The notes under the pieces: model-generated
What the model saw: the letters and a program-made list of their open reading frames with translations, nothing else
What the model was told of the DNA's origin: nothing
Databases searched by the model: none
Shown here: positions 26,018 through 40,047 of the stretch, one piece after another
How the letters are laid out: the number at the start of each line of letters is the position of its first letter
How positions within the stretch are numbered: the stretch's first letter is position 1
NCBI GenBank assembly: GCA_951406725.2
Contig: OX597814.1
Location: 64,790,001 to 64,854,000 of the forward strand
DNA: 64,000 nucleotides
DNA from: Octopus vulgaris
Taxonomy: Eukaryota
Reading direction: 5' to 3'
Program-made: the position numbers and the translations under genes

Positions 26018-26061
<44 letters not shown>

Positions 26062-26148
26062 CGCGCACACACATATATAAATGTATATTATAAATACTTA
26101 CATGTATGCACATGCATACATACATAGATACATACATACATATATACA

Positions 26149-26184
<36 letters not shown>

Positions 26185-26539
26185 TATACATACGTACAAC
26201 ATACACACACAGAGGAACATACATGTATAGTTGTCTCCAATCATATTTTTCCATGATTATATTGAAGATTCTTTTTCTGCTAAGTAAATATATTTTGTTC
26301 TCCTCTATCTTACCTGTTTATTCCATATAAACTTACCCTGATGGAAAAAACAAGAATCCGACACACACAATCGGAATATTAACCCAAAATATTATCAAAT
26401 TGACTCTCATAGCCATATGTACATTACATTAATTGTTACCACAATGTCAGCATCAGCTAAACCTCTACTTACTTGCTAATACGGCTAGAATTAGCAGTAA
26501 AAATTTCTCTCGTATCACACCCTACTGTTTTCTGCATTT

Positions 26540-27900
26540 GATAGCTTAATGGACTTCTTTCATCTCTATGACGGTTATGCTAAAAGCTACGGCTTTAAGT
26601 CCAACACAAAACTTACGTCTAGTTTTTCAAAAACTAGCGTTGAATGTTTGGACACAAAGTTACGTTTTCTGGAGGCAGAATAGTGACAGAGTTATTTTGC
26701 AAGCCCACGTTATCCCACATTTATCTCCACCGCCGATCCGATCATCCACATCTTATTATTCGGTCAAATCCGAAATCCCATGAGGATAAAACGGATTTGT
26801 ACTGACATAGGGGATTACTGGAAATATGCAAATGCTTTTGTACATCATTATGTCAAACGCGGTTACAGTGAATGACGATTAAAGGATATAGCAAATGAAA
26901 TAGCTGAGATTAGCAAAGATAGTCAAACCTTCACGCATAATCTTAGCAAACACAATACAATAGATGACAGAATTCCTTTAGTGATTAACTGGCATCGAAA
27001 TTTCACCAGCATTTCAAAAGTGTTGCATGAAAGTTACCAGCATGTAGCGAAAAAGTATCTTCGTTTCAAACAGATATTTCCTCAACCGCCTATTGTAGCC
27101 TTTAGACAGAATAAGAATATAATAGGATTATTGACCTCTATTTCTGACTCCAAGAAAACGAACATAGGAGTATCTGTACACTGTACCTTGAAAAACAGCC
27201 GCAAGAGAAGTAAGCCCTGTTCATTGTGCAACAACATAAGTCTAGTGAATTCCATCAGGAATCATAACGGTAATGTTATGATTTATACACAAGGTGAGAC
27301 ATGTAGAGATTCCCATTTGGTGTACGTAGTAGAACGTACAAAACACAACCTAATTTATGTTGGTTGTACAACAGAACAATTAAACAAAAGATTTAATGGG
27401 CACAGCTTCGACATCAGGAACAATAACCGTAGTTCGACAGAACTTGCTGAACATTTCGTTTGAAACGGCTGCAATTTTGAAAAAGACTTGAAAGTGCATA
27501 TTCTCAGAAAATATTCTGAATCTGCTTCACTTTCACTTCTCAGAATGCATGAGGAGAAATATGTTTTCGAATTATTAACTTCACGCCCTGGGGGAATGAA
27601 TAAAATGACTTGAGAATATCATCAAATTTATGCAAAACTGTTTGATTAAATATGCTTCTTTTGCCTTTTCTTTTTTCTTTCCTCTTTTTTTTTGTCTTTT
27701 TTCTGCCTTTATCTTTTCGCCTATTATAAAATCGAAACTTAAAGACCGATGATGCCATTCCATCATGTGGACGCTGGTTGCTTTCGTTCATACTTTAAAT
27801 TTAAATTTCTATAATTTAGAATATTTATCACCTCTTATTTTGAACTTGACAAAGACAGACTTACTGTTGAAATATCGTTCAACCAATAAAATATCTCTTA
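26540..27900 (+). mobile_element. Penelope-like retroelement, 3' portion (RT C-terminus, GIY-YIG endonuclease, 3' pLTR)
   Basis: KRICTD...KRGYS, DRIPLVINWH, IFPQPPIVAFRQNKNI, KPCSLC and TCRDSHLVYVVE...YVGCTTEQLNKRFNGH...LAEHF (GIY-YIG). In-frame stops present. Confidence 0.9.
27840..27882 (+). ncRNA. Degenerate hammerhead in Penelope 3' pLTR
   Basis: TTGAAC-TTGACAA-AGACAG-ACTTA-CTGTT-GAAAT-ATC-GTTCAA: 6-bp helix I and helix II retained, core CTGANGA mutated to TTGACAA. Confidence 0.6.
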
Positions 27901-27938
27901 CAATCAAATCACGCTCTTCGTCTTGACTATTACTGCTG

Positions 27939-28047
<109 letters not shown>

Positions 28048-28089
28048 TAATATTAATAATAATAGTAATAATGATAATAATAATGATAA

Positions 28090-28785
28090 TCGATCATGTT
28101 GTCTCCAATGCAATCTTCTTGCGCCTAGAGAGTATCTCAACAGGCATGACAGAGCAGCACAATCTATTCACTGGGTAACCTGGACCTGCCCCATAAGAAA
28201 AACTAGTGGGAACACAAACCACCTCCAGTGCTTGAAAATGTTCACATGATACACCTCTGGAATTTCACCATTTAAACTGACAGAAAGATAAATGCGAATA
28301 GGCCAGACATATTGAAAGACTTCAGACAAAAATCAAGCCTCCTCTTTGATATAACTGTCGCAATCAACATAAATATATCTGTCAATACCTACTGAGCAAG
28401 TATAAAGATCTTGAAATAGAAATTGGCAAAATGTGGAACCTGAAAACTAGAACAATACTTGTTGTCATAGGCACCATAGAAATGATAGCAAAAGGGGCCG
28501 ATTCCTACCTAGCTCAGATACCAGAAAACTACAAAATGGCAGATAGTGCTCATGGGAACTGCCCATATCCTACATAAAATACTGCATATGTAATCTCAAG
28601 TTTTAAAACAAATATTCTTATGGTTTCTTAAACATTCTCTAGAACAATACCAAATATATGTGCAAAACCAAATATATAACACTTCAAGCATAACACCTAC
28701 TTGAACTTCTAACTCGTTGTCTCTTGAGGTCTCTGGGTGAAGCTTAGAGTCAACTTCTTACAAATAAAAAGCAAAAGTCAAACAT
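28090..28785 (+). mobile_element. R4/Dong-clade LINE (restriction-like endonuclease), 3' fragment in (TAA)n
   Basis: CNLLAPREYLNRHDRAAQSIHW, TDRKINANRPDI and LSKYKDLEIEIGKMWNLKTRTILVVIG. Flanked by TAA repeats. Confidence 0.85.
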
Positions 28786-29208
28786 ATAATAATAATTATT
28801 ATTATTATTATAAGAATTTTCTTTATGGAATCCATTTTTCCTCATAGTTTTTTATTTCATGCTGACATAATTTCTCGAAATTATGGAAGTTAACTAGACC
28901 CATTTCTGCCTCCAAAATTGAAATGAAACTTTCTTGGTCGACCCATGGTGCTGGGTCTCCCTCTTTTGCACAAACACACAATCACAAAGACATACATACA
29001 CGAACGTTAAACATACCATACAAGTCCGAAGTGAAGTGAGTGTTTGTTTTAAGTAGTTATATTTATGTGAAACGAAGAAATTTGGTTCATGTTAACGGTC
29101 TGAATTACCAAACACAGACCCTCAGAAACTGTTAAAATTTACATAATTTTATGCAGTTTTCTAACTTTATCACTCTTTTTGTTTATATATATATCCACCT
29201 ATTTGTGC

Positions 29209-29285
<77 letters not shown>

Positions 29286-29969
29286 CCTATCTATCTATCT
29301 ATTGCTCTCTCTCTCTCTATCTCTCGCGCTCTCTATGTATTTATGTGTGTGTGTGTGAATATATGTCAACACACACTCATATATGAACCATGCTCCCGTC
29401 TTATAAAAATCCACTCAATAAACGAAAAATCCCAGTTATCTTAGTAACTGTTATATCTAGTGGAGTGCATCCCACTCCTTCATTAGGAATCCATTTGCAA
29501 TGATACAACTAAGCATAGGAAAATCGTTTAAATTCTGGAAAATTCCCCTACGCTGTTAATCGTTACTTAATCAAGCATTACACTTTACTTCACAACTGTC
29601 ACACAGGATGTCAATTTAATAATCAACATCAGATTTACGGCTCTCCCTCAGACACAACAATTCTTATTACAGCTATGCTTGTGACTTCTCTTGAACTTGA
29701 GCAAAGCAAATTATAAATAAATAAATATATATATAAAAAATGAATTTTAAAAAGCAAATGAATCAATTGGACATCCCATCCACTTTTCTCATGATAGCAC
29801 AGCCATCCACTACTATAATAATGAATGGACTAATGGTTCATTCATTGTCATCTTAATAGTTACTCAAATGTCCATAAAATAAACGCACTCACACACACAT
29901 TCACGCACACAAAAGTATTTCCATCTATCTAACTAGCTACCAATCTGTCTATCTGTCTGTATTTCTCCT

Positions 29970-30058
<89 letters not shown>

Positions 30059-30194
30059 TCTTAGTAATAGCTTTTGCAATATTTCTGCTGCTTTTAAATA
30101 AAGCATATTACTCTACCTCTGGTATATATATATATATAAGGAGAGAGATGAGGGAGAAATATATATAAATATATACTCTTTTACTCTTTTACTA

Positions 30195-30610
30195 TTTTAC
30201 TTGTTTCAATCATTTGGCTGTGTCCATGCTGGAGCACTGCCTTTAGTCGATCGAGCAGATCGATCCCAGGACTTATTCTTTGTAAGCCTAATACTTATTG
30301 TATCGGTCTCTTTTACCGAACCGCTAAGTTACGGGGACGTAAACACACCAGCATCGGTTGTCAAGCGATGTTGTGGGTGGGGGTTGGGAGGCAAACACAG
30401 ACACACAAACATATATACACATACATATATATATACATCTACATATATACGAGGAGCTTCTTTCAGTTTCCGTCTACCAAATCCATTCACATGGCTTTGG
30501 TCGCCCCGAGGCTATAGTAGAAGAAACTTGCCCAAGGTGCCACGCAGTGGGACTGAACACGGAACCATGTAGTTGGTAAGCAAGCTACTTACCTCACAGC
30601 CACTCCTGCG

Positions 30611-30614
<4 letters not shown>
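30195..30614 (-). mobile_element. SINE family B, full length
   Basis: All blocks present through CACAGCCACTCCTGCGCCTA. Confidence 0.92.
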
Positions 30615-30676
<62 letters not shown>

Positions 30677-30679
<3 letters not shown>

Positions 30680-30850
30680 AGAGTTCACGAAAAAAACAAA
30701 AGACGAAGACAGGTGGTGTAGAAAACAAGCAGATGTATTAGTATAACGCTGAGGAATTGAAAAAGTCTTTTACGTTTCGAGCCTATGGTCTTTTACAGAA
30801 AGGGACACAGAAAAAAAAACAAGGAGAGAAACAAAGAGATAAAAAAATGT
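30677..30850 (-). mobile_element. pLTR-like insert with degenerate hammerhead (30767..30802)
   Basis: Minus strand CTTT-CTGTAAA-AGACCATAGGCTC-GAAAC-GTA-AAAG. Same layout as 6008..6212, directly after (TA)n. Confidence 0.55.
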
Positions 30851-30861
30851 GGCTACCGATC

Positions 30862-31019
30862 TGGGCTTCTTTCAGTTTCCGTCTACGAAATCCACTCACA
30901 AGGCTTTCGTCGCCCCGAGGCTAGATTAGAAGACATTTGCCCAAGGTGTCACGCAATGGAGCCGAACCCGGAACCATGCGGTTGGAAAGAAAGCTACTTA
31001 TCACACACCCACTCCTGTG

Positions 31020-31021
<2 letters not shown>
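30862..31021 (-). mobile_element. SINE family B, 5' half
   Basis: GGGCTTCTTTCAGTTTCCGTCTAC...CCACTCCTGTGC. Confidence 0.85.
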
Positions 31022-31070
<49 letters not shown>

Positions 31071-31289
31071 CATATACATGCATACATATACATATACATA
31101 CATATACATGCATACATATACATACATCTATAAATATATCATAGTGAAAGTTATAGAAATGAAACTAATATATATGTTGTGAAAGTATTAATAGTTTCAC
31201 TATTAATACTGAATGTATTTGGTCACACTACAAAAGAGATGTTATTGTTTAACTTTTTACATATAATTCTGAAATAGTGTAAGAGATGA

Positions 31290-31467
31290 TAGATTGGTCC
31301 GGGCTAGCATTAGGTAAGAAGTTGAAAATAATCTGACCCATGACATTGCATGGGCTCCAAGCAAGGCCCGTGCAACATTTGAATGAAATCTGTTCGGTAG
31401 TTCTTGAGTTTTAGTGATGCAAACATACAGGCAGATAGACACTCATTCTCAGTTTTATATATATATA
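31290..31467 (-). mobile_element. Non-autonomous Helitron-like 5' region
   Basis: Minus strand TATATAAAACTGAGAATGAGTGTCTATCTGCCTGTATGTTTG...ACCGAACAGATTTCATTCAAA has the same layout as the 5' end of 46302..46692. Confidence 0.5.
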
Positions 31468-34400
31468 TGTCATGAAATAGAAGTGATTTATTTTAGTAGC
31501 CATTTTGACAGAACATTGCAGTGACAAAAATCAACAACCAATAACATCGCATGTGAATGTAGGGAAAGAAATAGCAGTTAACAATTAAAATTTTATTCGG
31601 CACAAACTAATTCCACGGAAGGTTGCACTATTAATTGACTGTAGCTAACACCACCACTATCTGAATGGTAGTTTGATCTGTATGAAATTCCAACTTAGTT
31701 TCCGTAAAATCGCATTCTGCTGTGTATTATATACACGTTAATTTGATTGTTTATGATATATACGATACTCTAAATAAACACTATTTGATATAGATATCTA
31801 TAGCCACTCAACGAAATATATAGGTATCGGACTTTAATATATGCACATAACCATACGCATATATACGGAGGAAGTGGAGAGAGAAAGGGAGAGAAGGAGG
31901 AGAGAGACCAGGAGCACAATATATTTGTACACCCAATTTTATGTGGGTCGTAAATACGAGAAAAACCAAACGTTGTTACATGAATTGCGCCCAATGTATA
32001 CTTTCTTATGTTGACAATATCCACACGACGGATATTACTGTGTACCTTTGGCTCTACCTACAACCACTGCAGCTCGGATATTGCTCGTTTATTGACAGTG
32101 GAACTAGCTGGAAGCATCTGGCGGTGACTAGAAATCCGTGACAAAATGAAAAGAAAAAAACTCTTCAACGGTCAGATGTTGCCAAGACTCCCGATTTTGT
32201 CCATCGTGTCCGGCACATAGCGACAACTAAAATGGGTTGATGAAGGCCACTGCTAAGATCCATGTAACCTTCTATGAAAACTGGTACGTTGTTAAGTCTG
32301 TCAAATTTGAAGGATTGCTGCAGTGACTCCTCGAAGAAATCTTTGCCATTGTTGATAGTCATCAAGCAGATTTCCTGTTTTGAATATACGAATTTTTAGA
32401 CACAATCTATCTAGCAATATATATTTTCCGATTTCTCTTTCCTTTTTTCCATTTTATGAAATATGGAATGGTATGGCTTGTCTTCTGTTCCCAAAGCGAG
32501 TGCATTAGAAATCCCTCGATCCCTGAAGAATTATTGAAGTTTTTTAGTTTCAAGTCAGTAAACCCGTGAATGTTCCATCTATAACTTTTGTTTTTTTATT
32601 TCTTTTACCCTTGTCTCAACACTTAGTCTATACACGAATAAGATATCAACTGTATCTTTCAATATAATTATTCATTCATGTATTTACATATTAATTTTGG
32701 ATGCATTGTGTACGATTTGACTGGCATATCAAACACAGAGATTATCTTAGTTACTCACTAGAAAATACATTTACTGTTGCTATTGTTGTTGTTGTTGTGG
32801 TGGTGGTGGTGTTTCCGTTATTGTCATAGCTGTTGTTATTTAGCTTGAATTCATTCTTAATTGAGTACATCATTCCATCAATAAATACTCTGTCTTCATA
32901 AATATTTATGACAACATTGTCCAATATATCCTTTCTGAGATTGAGAGAGAAATAGCTGGTATTTCTAGCAAACCGAGTGACCCCAACAAAAGGTTCTACC
33001 GACAGCACGTTGCTTTGTTGTAGCTCCATGAGTTTTGCAATTATGATGATTGGATCAATGACTGAAATGAAGGAAATCGTTTTGTAAGGAAAATGGAAAG
33101 TGTAGAAGTGGCGATAGTTCCAAGTTGGAGTGATGGAGGATGATGAAGGATGCATTGAAAGCAAGGCTGAAAGATGGCGTGGGGATAGCTCGGGTGAGTA
33201 GCGCTAGGGAGGGTCAACTGCCAATAAAGAATGAAAAAAATACGTGGAATGTTATCCATAATGAAACTGACTTGTAAACTACATACACCAGTATATGGTG
33301 ACATGAAGGAACGGCATATATTACACACACATATATACAGAGGGAGAGAGGGAGGGAGAGAGAGAGAGAGAAAGAGAGAGACAGTGAAAAGAAGCAGAAC
33401 TGTGAGAGGAGAGAAAAGTGGGGATAGAGAAAGTGGTGAGATACACGAACGTATGGAATCAGACATCTATCGTGAAAGAAGGCGGAAAGACGGAAACATG
33501 TTGAGAAAGTTTCAAAAAAAGAGATACAAAGAGATGCTGTGTGTGTGAGTGTGTGTGTGGGGGGGGGGGGGGGAGAGAGAAAGAGTGTGAGGGCGAAATA
33601 GAGAGGAAAAGACAAATAAAACTGTATAGTGATCAACTTACTGAATGAATAACTATTTCTTACGATAAAAAGCTATATATGCATACACGTACGTGGAATC
33701 ATAGACACACACAGACGCGGACACACGCACATGCGCGCATATATATATATATATATATATATGCATATATACATAATGCATATATACGTAGACATGCAAA
33801 TGTAGATATGTAATTACATATGGAATTATATATGCAAAGAAAGATAAGTATTATCTCTCTGTGTATGTTTATTTTTGCATATGTATGTGGGTGTGTTCAC
33901 TTGTCTCATCCACATTTGTTGTATATGGTTGACCAATTACAAACCTGGATGGAAATCGGTTATAATTGATAAATATAGAGAAGAGTATAAATAACATCAA
34001 AATAAAGATGGAAAGAAAACCCAAAGCATAAAAATATTGAAAAAAATTAAATTTAAACGAATAAAGAGAACAAATATTTAAAAGAAGAGAAAAATTCATG
34101 AAGATTTGAAGGAAACGTTATTCAATGAATGCCAATAGAAATCAAATGAAGCTATGACAGTTCCGGTTTAAGATGTGTTTGAGCAGCACTTCTTGAGTGA
34201 GAGAAAATAATCAGAGCAGACGGCATGTGTTTAGACAAGACGGCCATCTTAATTCGTTGACAAGTTCGAGGATCATCATTTTAATCAAGTGTCGTTAACT
34301 TAATCGACTGACCAATACAAAATTATTTCATTTAATTTTCAAAACTCTTATCACATTTGTATTCCTGCCCTTATGTCTCCGAAGCATATTATCCTCTTTC

Positions 34401-35357
34401 TTGCCTTCCTAGGCGCACACGTACAAAAATGCATATATATGCACACATTTGTGCACACACAGAAACAGACACACAGGCACAAACTCGCGCGCGAGCCCGC
34501 ATACGCATTAACGAACGTGCGCGCGCGCACACACACATCACCACTGATAGTTGTGTTTATCTTTGTATCTTTGTAATTCATATTTGGGGAATAAACTTCC
34601 TATCTACATTTTCCATTACGTCTTCTTAATTCTCTTTTGTATATTACATTTTAAATATTATTATATTGTTTTCTTCTGACCATTCGATTTCACTTTTCCT
34701 ATTCTCTCACCTGAATCATTCTACACTCATAATGCTTGTGTATATATACATATATAGGTACGAATAATATGATATTTATGTCTTTGCTTGTATATGTATA
34801 TTTGCGTTCAAAAGATCTTGCAACATTTAGAAAATTAGCAATTTCTAAACTGCAGTGTGCTCCACATATGGTAAAAGTGATTGTATGTCTTTTCCTTCCT
34901 TGTGTTAACATTTTATCTGCTATGGGCGATCTGAAAGGAATAAAAACCATTTAAATGCTTTAAAGTGAGTATTTTATATTGAAAACCTCCTCGCAACCTT
35001 TATACACATATACACATCTATAACCATGTGTATATATCTATGTAAGCATTTTATGGATTGTCTTTAAAAGAACATTTATATACATGTATATGCGTATGCA
35101 AAAAACACGTGTATGTGTATGTATGTATGGGTGTATGCGGGCGTGTATGCATATGTTTATGGATACACTTATACATATACATGTGTGCGTGCGCGTAATC
35201 GTGCGTGAACAGAACCTTAAACTGGAGGCTCTTGGCACACTGATTCTTATTCCGTGTACAAATCATGTTTTTTTTTAAGTGTGAAATTCAATTACATTCA
35301 ATGTTGATGGAAACATCAGCCGTACTTCATCATGTGCTACTAATATCGATAATGTCG

Positions 35358-35553
35358 TTTTAAAATTTTGGCACAAGACCAGAACATTGGGGAAGGGGAT
35401 GAGTTGATTACATCGATTGACACTTATTTTGTACTCGACTAGTACTTATTTTATCGACCCCCGCGGGTTGAAAGGAAAAGTCGACCGCAGCATAATTCGA
35501 ACCTAGAACATGAAGACAGACAGAATGCTAACGGCTCTACCAGCTCACTGCCC
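35358..35553 (-). mobile_element. SINE family A, diverged
   Basis: TAGTACTTATTTTATCGACCCC...GAAAGGAAAAGTCGACC. Confidence 0.8.
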
Positions 35554-36023
35554 TACTTTAAAGGGTAGCAGACATGTATAACATTAAAGGGTAAAAGACA
35601 AGTATATTAAAATATTTTAATGGAAATTTTCGGAAACGAAAGGAAAAAACCATTTCAAACAGAAAGGAGGTCTAGCTTTCATTTGCTGTTCAAATATCAC
35701 AGCAACTTCGACGTAATTGTCTTGTAGTGTCAGCAACGTGAAAGCTACCGGGTTATACGTAAATTAAAACACGCAAAATGAACAAAGATATAAAAAAAAA
35801 ACAGTTACAAATACGGTAAGGGGTGGGAAATAAATAATTTTTCGACTGAACGGTAATACTAAGACCAATTGTGGACAGAATAAGAAAATACAGAATTAAA
35901 CAACATGTTTGTGTGTGTAATATGCATATGTATGTATATGTATTCATCTATATATTTATCTCTCTCTCCCTCTCTTTCTCTCTCACTGTATACACACACA
36001 CACACACACATTGACTGAGATGT

Positions 36024-36146
36024 ATCAAGGTATTGGTGACTTATCTGGTATCCCCTGAAGAAATGTGTCTAGGTTTCGTTTGAAGGTGATAGGATCCTTT
36101 TCTTCTTTCATTTGTTTTAGGATAATGTTAAATAGAAGAGGGCCTG
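36024..36146 (-). mobile_element. LINE ORF2 C-terminal fragment (CR1/L2-like)
   Basis: GPLLFNIILKQMKEEKDPITFKRNLDTFLQGIPD matches the GPxLFNxLP...FKxxLDxFLxxIPD terminal motif. Confidence 0.7.
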
Positions 36147-36165
36147 TTATATAATATGTATAGGC

Positions 36166-36219
<54 letters not shown>

Positions 36220-36370
36220 ATGTATAAAGTGTACAAAGGGTCTCCTCTCTGTGTATAAAAATATTTTATACACTTCATATTTAAAAAAATGTTGTCTTGT
36301 GATTTTCATTTATGCATGCTAACCACAGATAATAAATTATTTTAATTTATTACCCTCATATTTACGATCG

Positions 36371-36436
<66 letters not shown>

Positions 36437-36519
36437 GTGTATTTATATACATATATACATTTTTATGTATATAGACATATACATACATGCACACACATGC
36501 ATCATACACACATTCACAC

Positions 36520-36566
<47 letters not shown>

Positions 36567-36986
36567 TACATATAAACACACATCTCTAAAAACCTATTTG
36601 AGGAAAATTCGGTTCAAGCAATAAGGACGTAACAGTTCAATATAATTCAATATAAATTGTCTAGTTATTCATTTTACTCTCTACTGTTGCGTCTCGGCGT
36701 ATTATTTTCCCATTTGCAATTCCCTTCTCTTGCTAAAATATATTCTGCATCTACTAGAAGAAGCTTCCGCCTTTTAAAGTGAAAGTATCACCAGTACCCA
36801 AGGATTGTCATAAAGCAGAATGTTAATTCCTGGTGAAATGAGCTGAAATGGATTCTTAGTAATCTGAAACCCATTGAGAAAACAAAGCAGTTAGAAGACA
36901 TATATTTTACCGTTCTCGTAAAATATCACAATGATATAGCTAACCACATTGAAACAACTGATCTCTTGCAGTAGGCTGTCAAAAAA

Positions 36987-37425
36987 GGTGGCGATGTGGA
37001 AGAAACGTTAACATGCCGGGCAAAGTGCTTAGTGGTTTTCGCCCGTCTTTATGTTCTCAGTTCAGAATCTGCCGAGGTCGAATTTACCTTTCATGTTTTC
37101 GGGGTATATAAAATAAGTACCAGCTGAGCACTGGTTCGATGTAATTTACTTATCCTCTCCCCCGAACCTGCTGACTTTGTGCTAAAATTCGAAAACAGCA
37201 TTACTATGGAAAAAAAAAGAGAAAGCTGCGAGATGCAGAATTTTAGCACGGCGGACGAAATGTCTAGCTGCATTTCTCTTGTCTTTACGTTCTGAGTTCA
37301 AATTTCCCCGAGGCCAGCTTTGTCTTTCATCTTATTGGGGTCGATGAAATAAGTATTAGTTAAACACTGGGGTCATTGTAAACTCACCCGAAATTGCTGA
37401 CCTTGTGCCAAATTTGAAACCAATA
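36987..37425 (+). mobile_element. Two tandem SINE family A copies
   Basis: GTTCTCAGTTCAGAATCTGCCGAGGTCG (~37050) and GTTCTGAGTTCAAATTTCCCCGAGG (~37290), each followed by the central domain. Confidence 0.82.
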
Positions 37426-37642
37426 TTACTCTGGCAAACAAGATACTCTCTACCGGAGGGTTGAGAAAACAAAGCAATCTCATGTATACGTTGAAGTTGG
37501 TTTCAACTCTGACACCATTCTATTATTTATCATTATAATATTATGCTGCAAATCAACTATTTTTTTCAACCAACTTTTTTTTTTAAATCACAAACTACAA
37601 TCTTAAAGGGAGATCGTGAAATCGAATAATGTGATCGTGGAT

Positions 37643-37845
37643 GTCTTCCAGTCGTTCACTTTAGCGGACAGAATTGCGTATCGTTCTCCCGCTGGCACCA
37701 GCTATCCCGTGCGAAACTTCAGAGAAAATCAGCTACTAGACATTTCAATTGGTCTTTTACTCCTCCACCCTGTTCCGACGATTTGCATGTCAGAGGCACT
37801 TCGGACTTCCGACCGGGCGTGGATCGCCATCTTTCGGGTCCCCGG
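37643..37845 (-). pseudogene. Decayed 28S (LSU) rRNA fragment
   Basis: Plus strand CCAGCTATCCCGTGCGAAACTTCAGAGAAAATCAGCTACTAGA...CGATTTGCATGTCAG...CCATCTTTCGGGTCC follows the conserved LSU antisense CCAGCTATCCTGAGGGAAACTTCGGAGGGAACCAGCTACTAGA...CGATTTGCACGTCAG...CCATCTTTCGGGTCC. Confidence 0.85.
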
Positions 37846-38567
37846 CCGACTGCTACACCCGAGATGCAGGATGGCAGCTGCTTGAAGGATATATTTTGTA
37901 TATTATTAACCATACAAGGATATATTTTGTATCTTATTACCCATAAATCATAATTAGAGCTGACTTAGCTACAAAACCCGACAACAGCAAGAGCAACATT
38001 ATGTCATTCACCCCCTTATAAAACGTTAATCCTTCTGAGCCTAGATAAGAACCTGGATTCGATTCTATGCTGAAGCTCATTTAATCTCAACATTGAACTA
38101 ATAAACAAAACCACCATCGTTCTTATTCCTACGGGAAAGCAGTAAAAATGAAAACCCCAATAAAAACAAAACAAGAAAGAGACAGAAAACAATAATATGT
38201 TTCCTATTATTGCTCGCTTCTTTTCTAAAGATTGCTTACTAACCGAATCACTGCACTATACTTAGAATACAGATTAAACCCTCCGGCATGTTTGCTGTTA
38301 AGGTATACCACAAACCAATGACTAAATTTGTATAACAAGGCTGTCTTTCGGTGTCTTAGAAATTGTCCCATGCTTTGTAAACATATGATTTTTTCTTATA
38401 TAAATACTAGTGACTGGGAATCGATTGCCAGTAGTGTTTTGACAATTAACGAAGACTTTAGAACGTGATTGTTCAGAAATTATATAAGCCAACAGCAAAC
38501 AAAGTCTATTTTTCTATTTTATTATTCTCTCATTTTACATGCACTGAGAATTACATATATATATGTG

Positions 38568-38635
<68 letters not shown>

Positions 38636-38665
38636 TACATATATATATGTATGTATGTATGCATG

Positions 38666-38729
<64 letters not shown>

Positions 38730-38735
38730 TATATT

Positions 38736-38786
<51 letters not shown>

Positions 38787-38995
38787 TCAAATATATATAT
38801 ATATACTTGCATATACGTTTGTGTGTGTGTGAAAACATATATGTATATATTATTTGGGAAAAGACAAGGAAAATTTAAACAAAGAGAAAGAACAAGAATC
38901 GATACAAAAATACCAGAAGCTAATCGAAGTGCATAAAAAACAGTAGATTCTACAGATTGTGTGTGCGTGTATAATTGTGTCTGTGAGTGTATCTA

Positions 38996-39030
<35 letters not shown>

Positions 39031-39349
39031 ACATACACACACATATGAGCATACTTACATATATATGCCTATACGCCGACAAATGTATCTATACATATAC
39101 GCATACATAAATACATAATTACAAACAATGCATATATATGTATATATATATGTAAGTGTGTGTGTATTGTATGTGTGTGTATATATGTAGACATTCGCGC
39201 GCGCACGAACTTAAACAGAGCGAAAGAAACATCAACCACCAGCCGTTTCAGTTGGACCATGGTTATACATTAATATATTCTTATTCAGTATTCAGCTAAG
39301 TTTGAATAAAGAATCACTGCTTCTTTTCTCTTTATTTTTTTTCCTTCAG

Positions 39350-39411
39350 CAGGTGCTTGATTTCACGTCATTATGTCCCAACGTCTACATCTTGCTGCAT
39401 CCCCGGCTTAC
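39350..39411 (+). other. Candidate small exon of an unidentified host gene
   Basis: Long polypyrimidine tract with CAGCAG acceptor (39347-39352), non-repetitive 62 nt with ATG at 39373, donor GTATGT at 39412. Confidence 0.35.
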
Positions 39412-39439
39412 GTATGTAACCGTGTGTAAACAGGCAGAA

Positions 39440-39642
39440 GAATGAAAATACGGATAGGAATAAGATGGTGGGGACGACGGTGAAGATGGTGGCGATGGTA
39501 ATGACCGTGATGATCGTGATGATGGTAATAATGGAGAGAAGAGGTTGGCGGGCAGATATTAGTAGCGACGACGGCGACAATGGTAAACGACAAAGACTAT
39601 GACATCGTCAATGATGACGACGACGACGACGACGACGACGAC

Positions 39643-39701
<59 letters not shown>

Positions 39702-39992
39702 CAATGTTGATGCTGAGCAGGATGAGGGATGACGATGACGGCGATGAGGATGAAAATTATGCTTGACATCGATGATGATGATCGTCGTAATGTGAGTGAT
39801 GATGATTGGTCATTCAATAAACATGTCGACGATGATGATAATAACAAGGAATAAAGTGTGTAGGTCAGCCATGACAGCAATGAGGAAGATTCAATAGCCT
39901 CTCTTCCTCCTCATCATCAACACCATTATATGCAAGAACTAATGCTGGGGAAAAGCTAGAACAGTAATAGCATTGATAGTAGTAGTAGTAGC

Positions 39993-40047
<55 letters not shown>

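Noticed and set aside
31940-33230. Complex-sequence ORFs (32165..32365, 32751..33164) as possible exons
   Set aside because: No recognisable domain, in-frame stops in extensions, and the second ORF overlaps a dispersed repeat motif near 32940.
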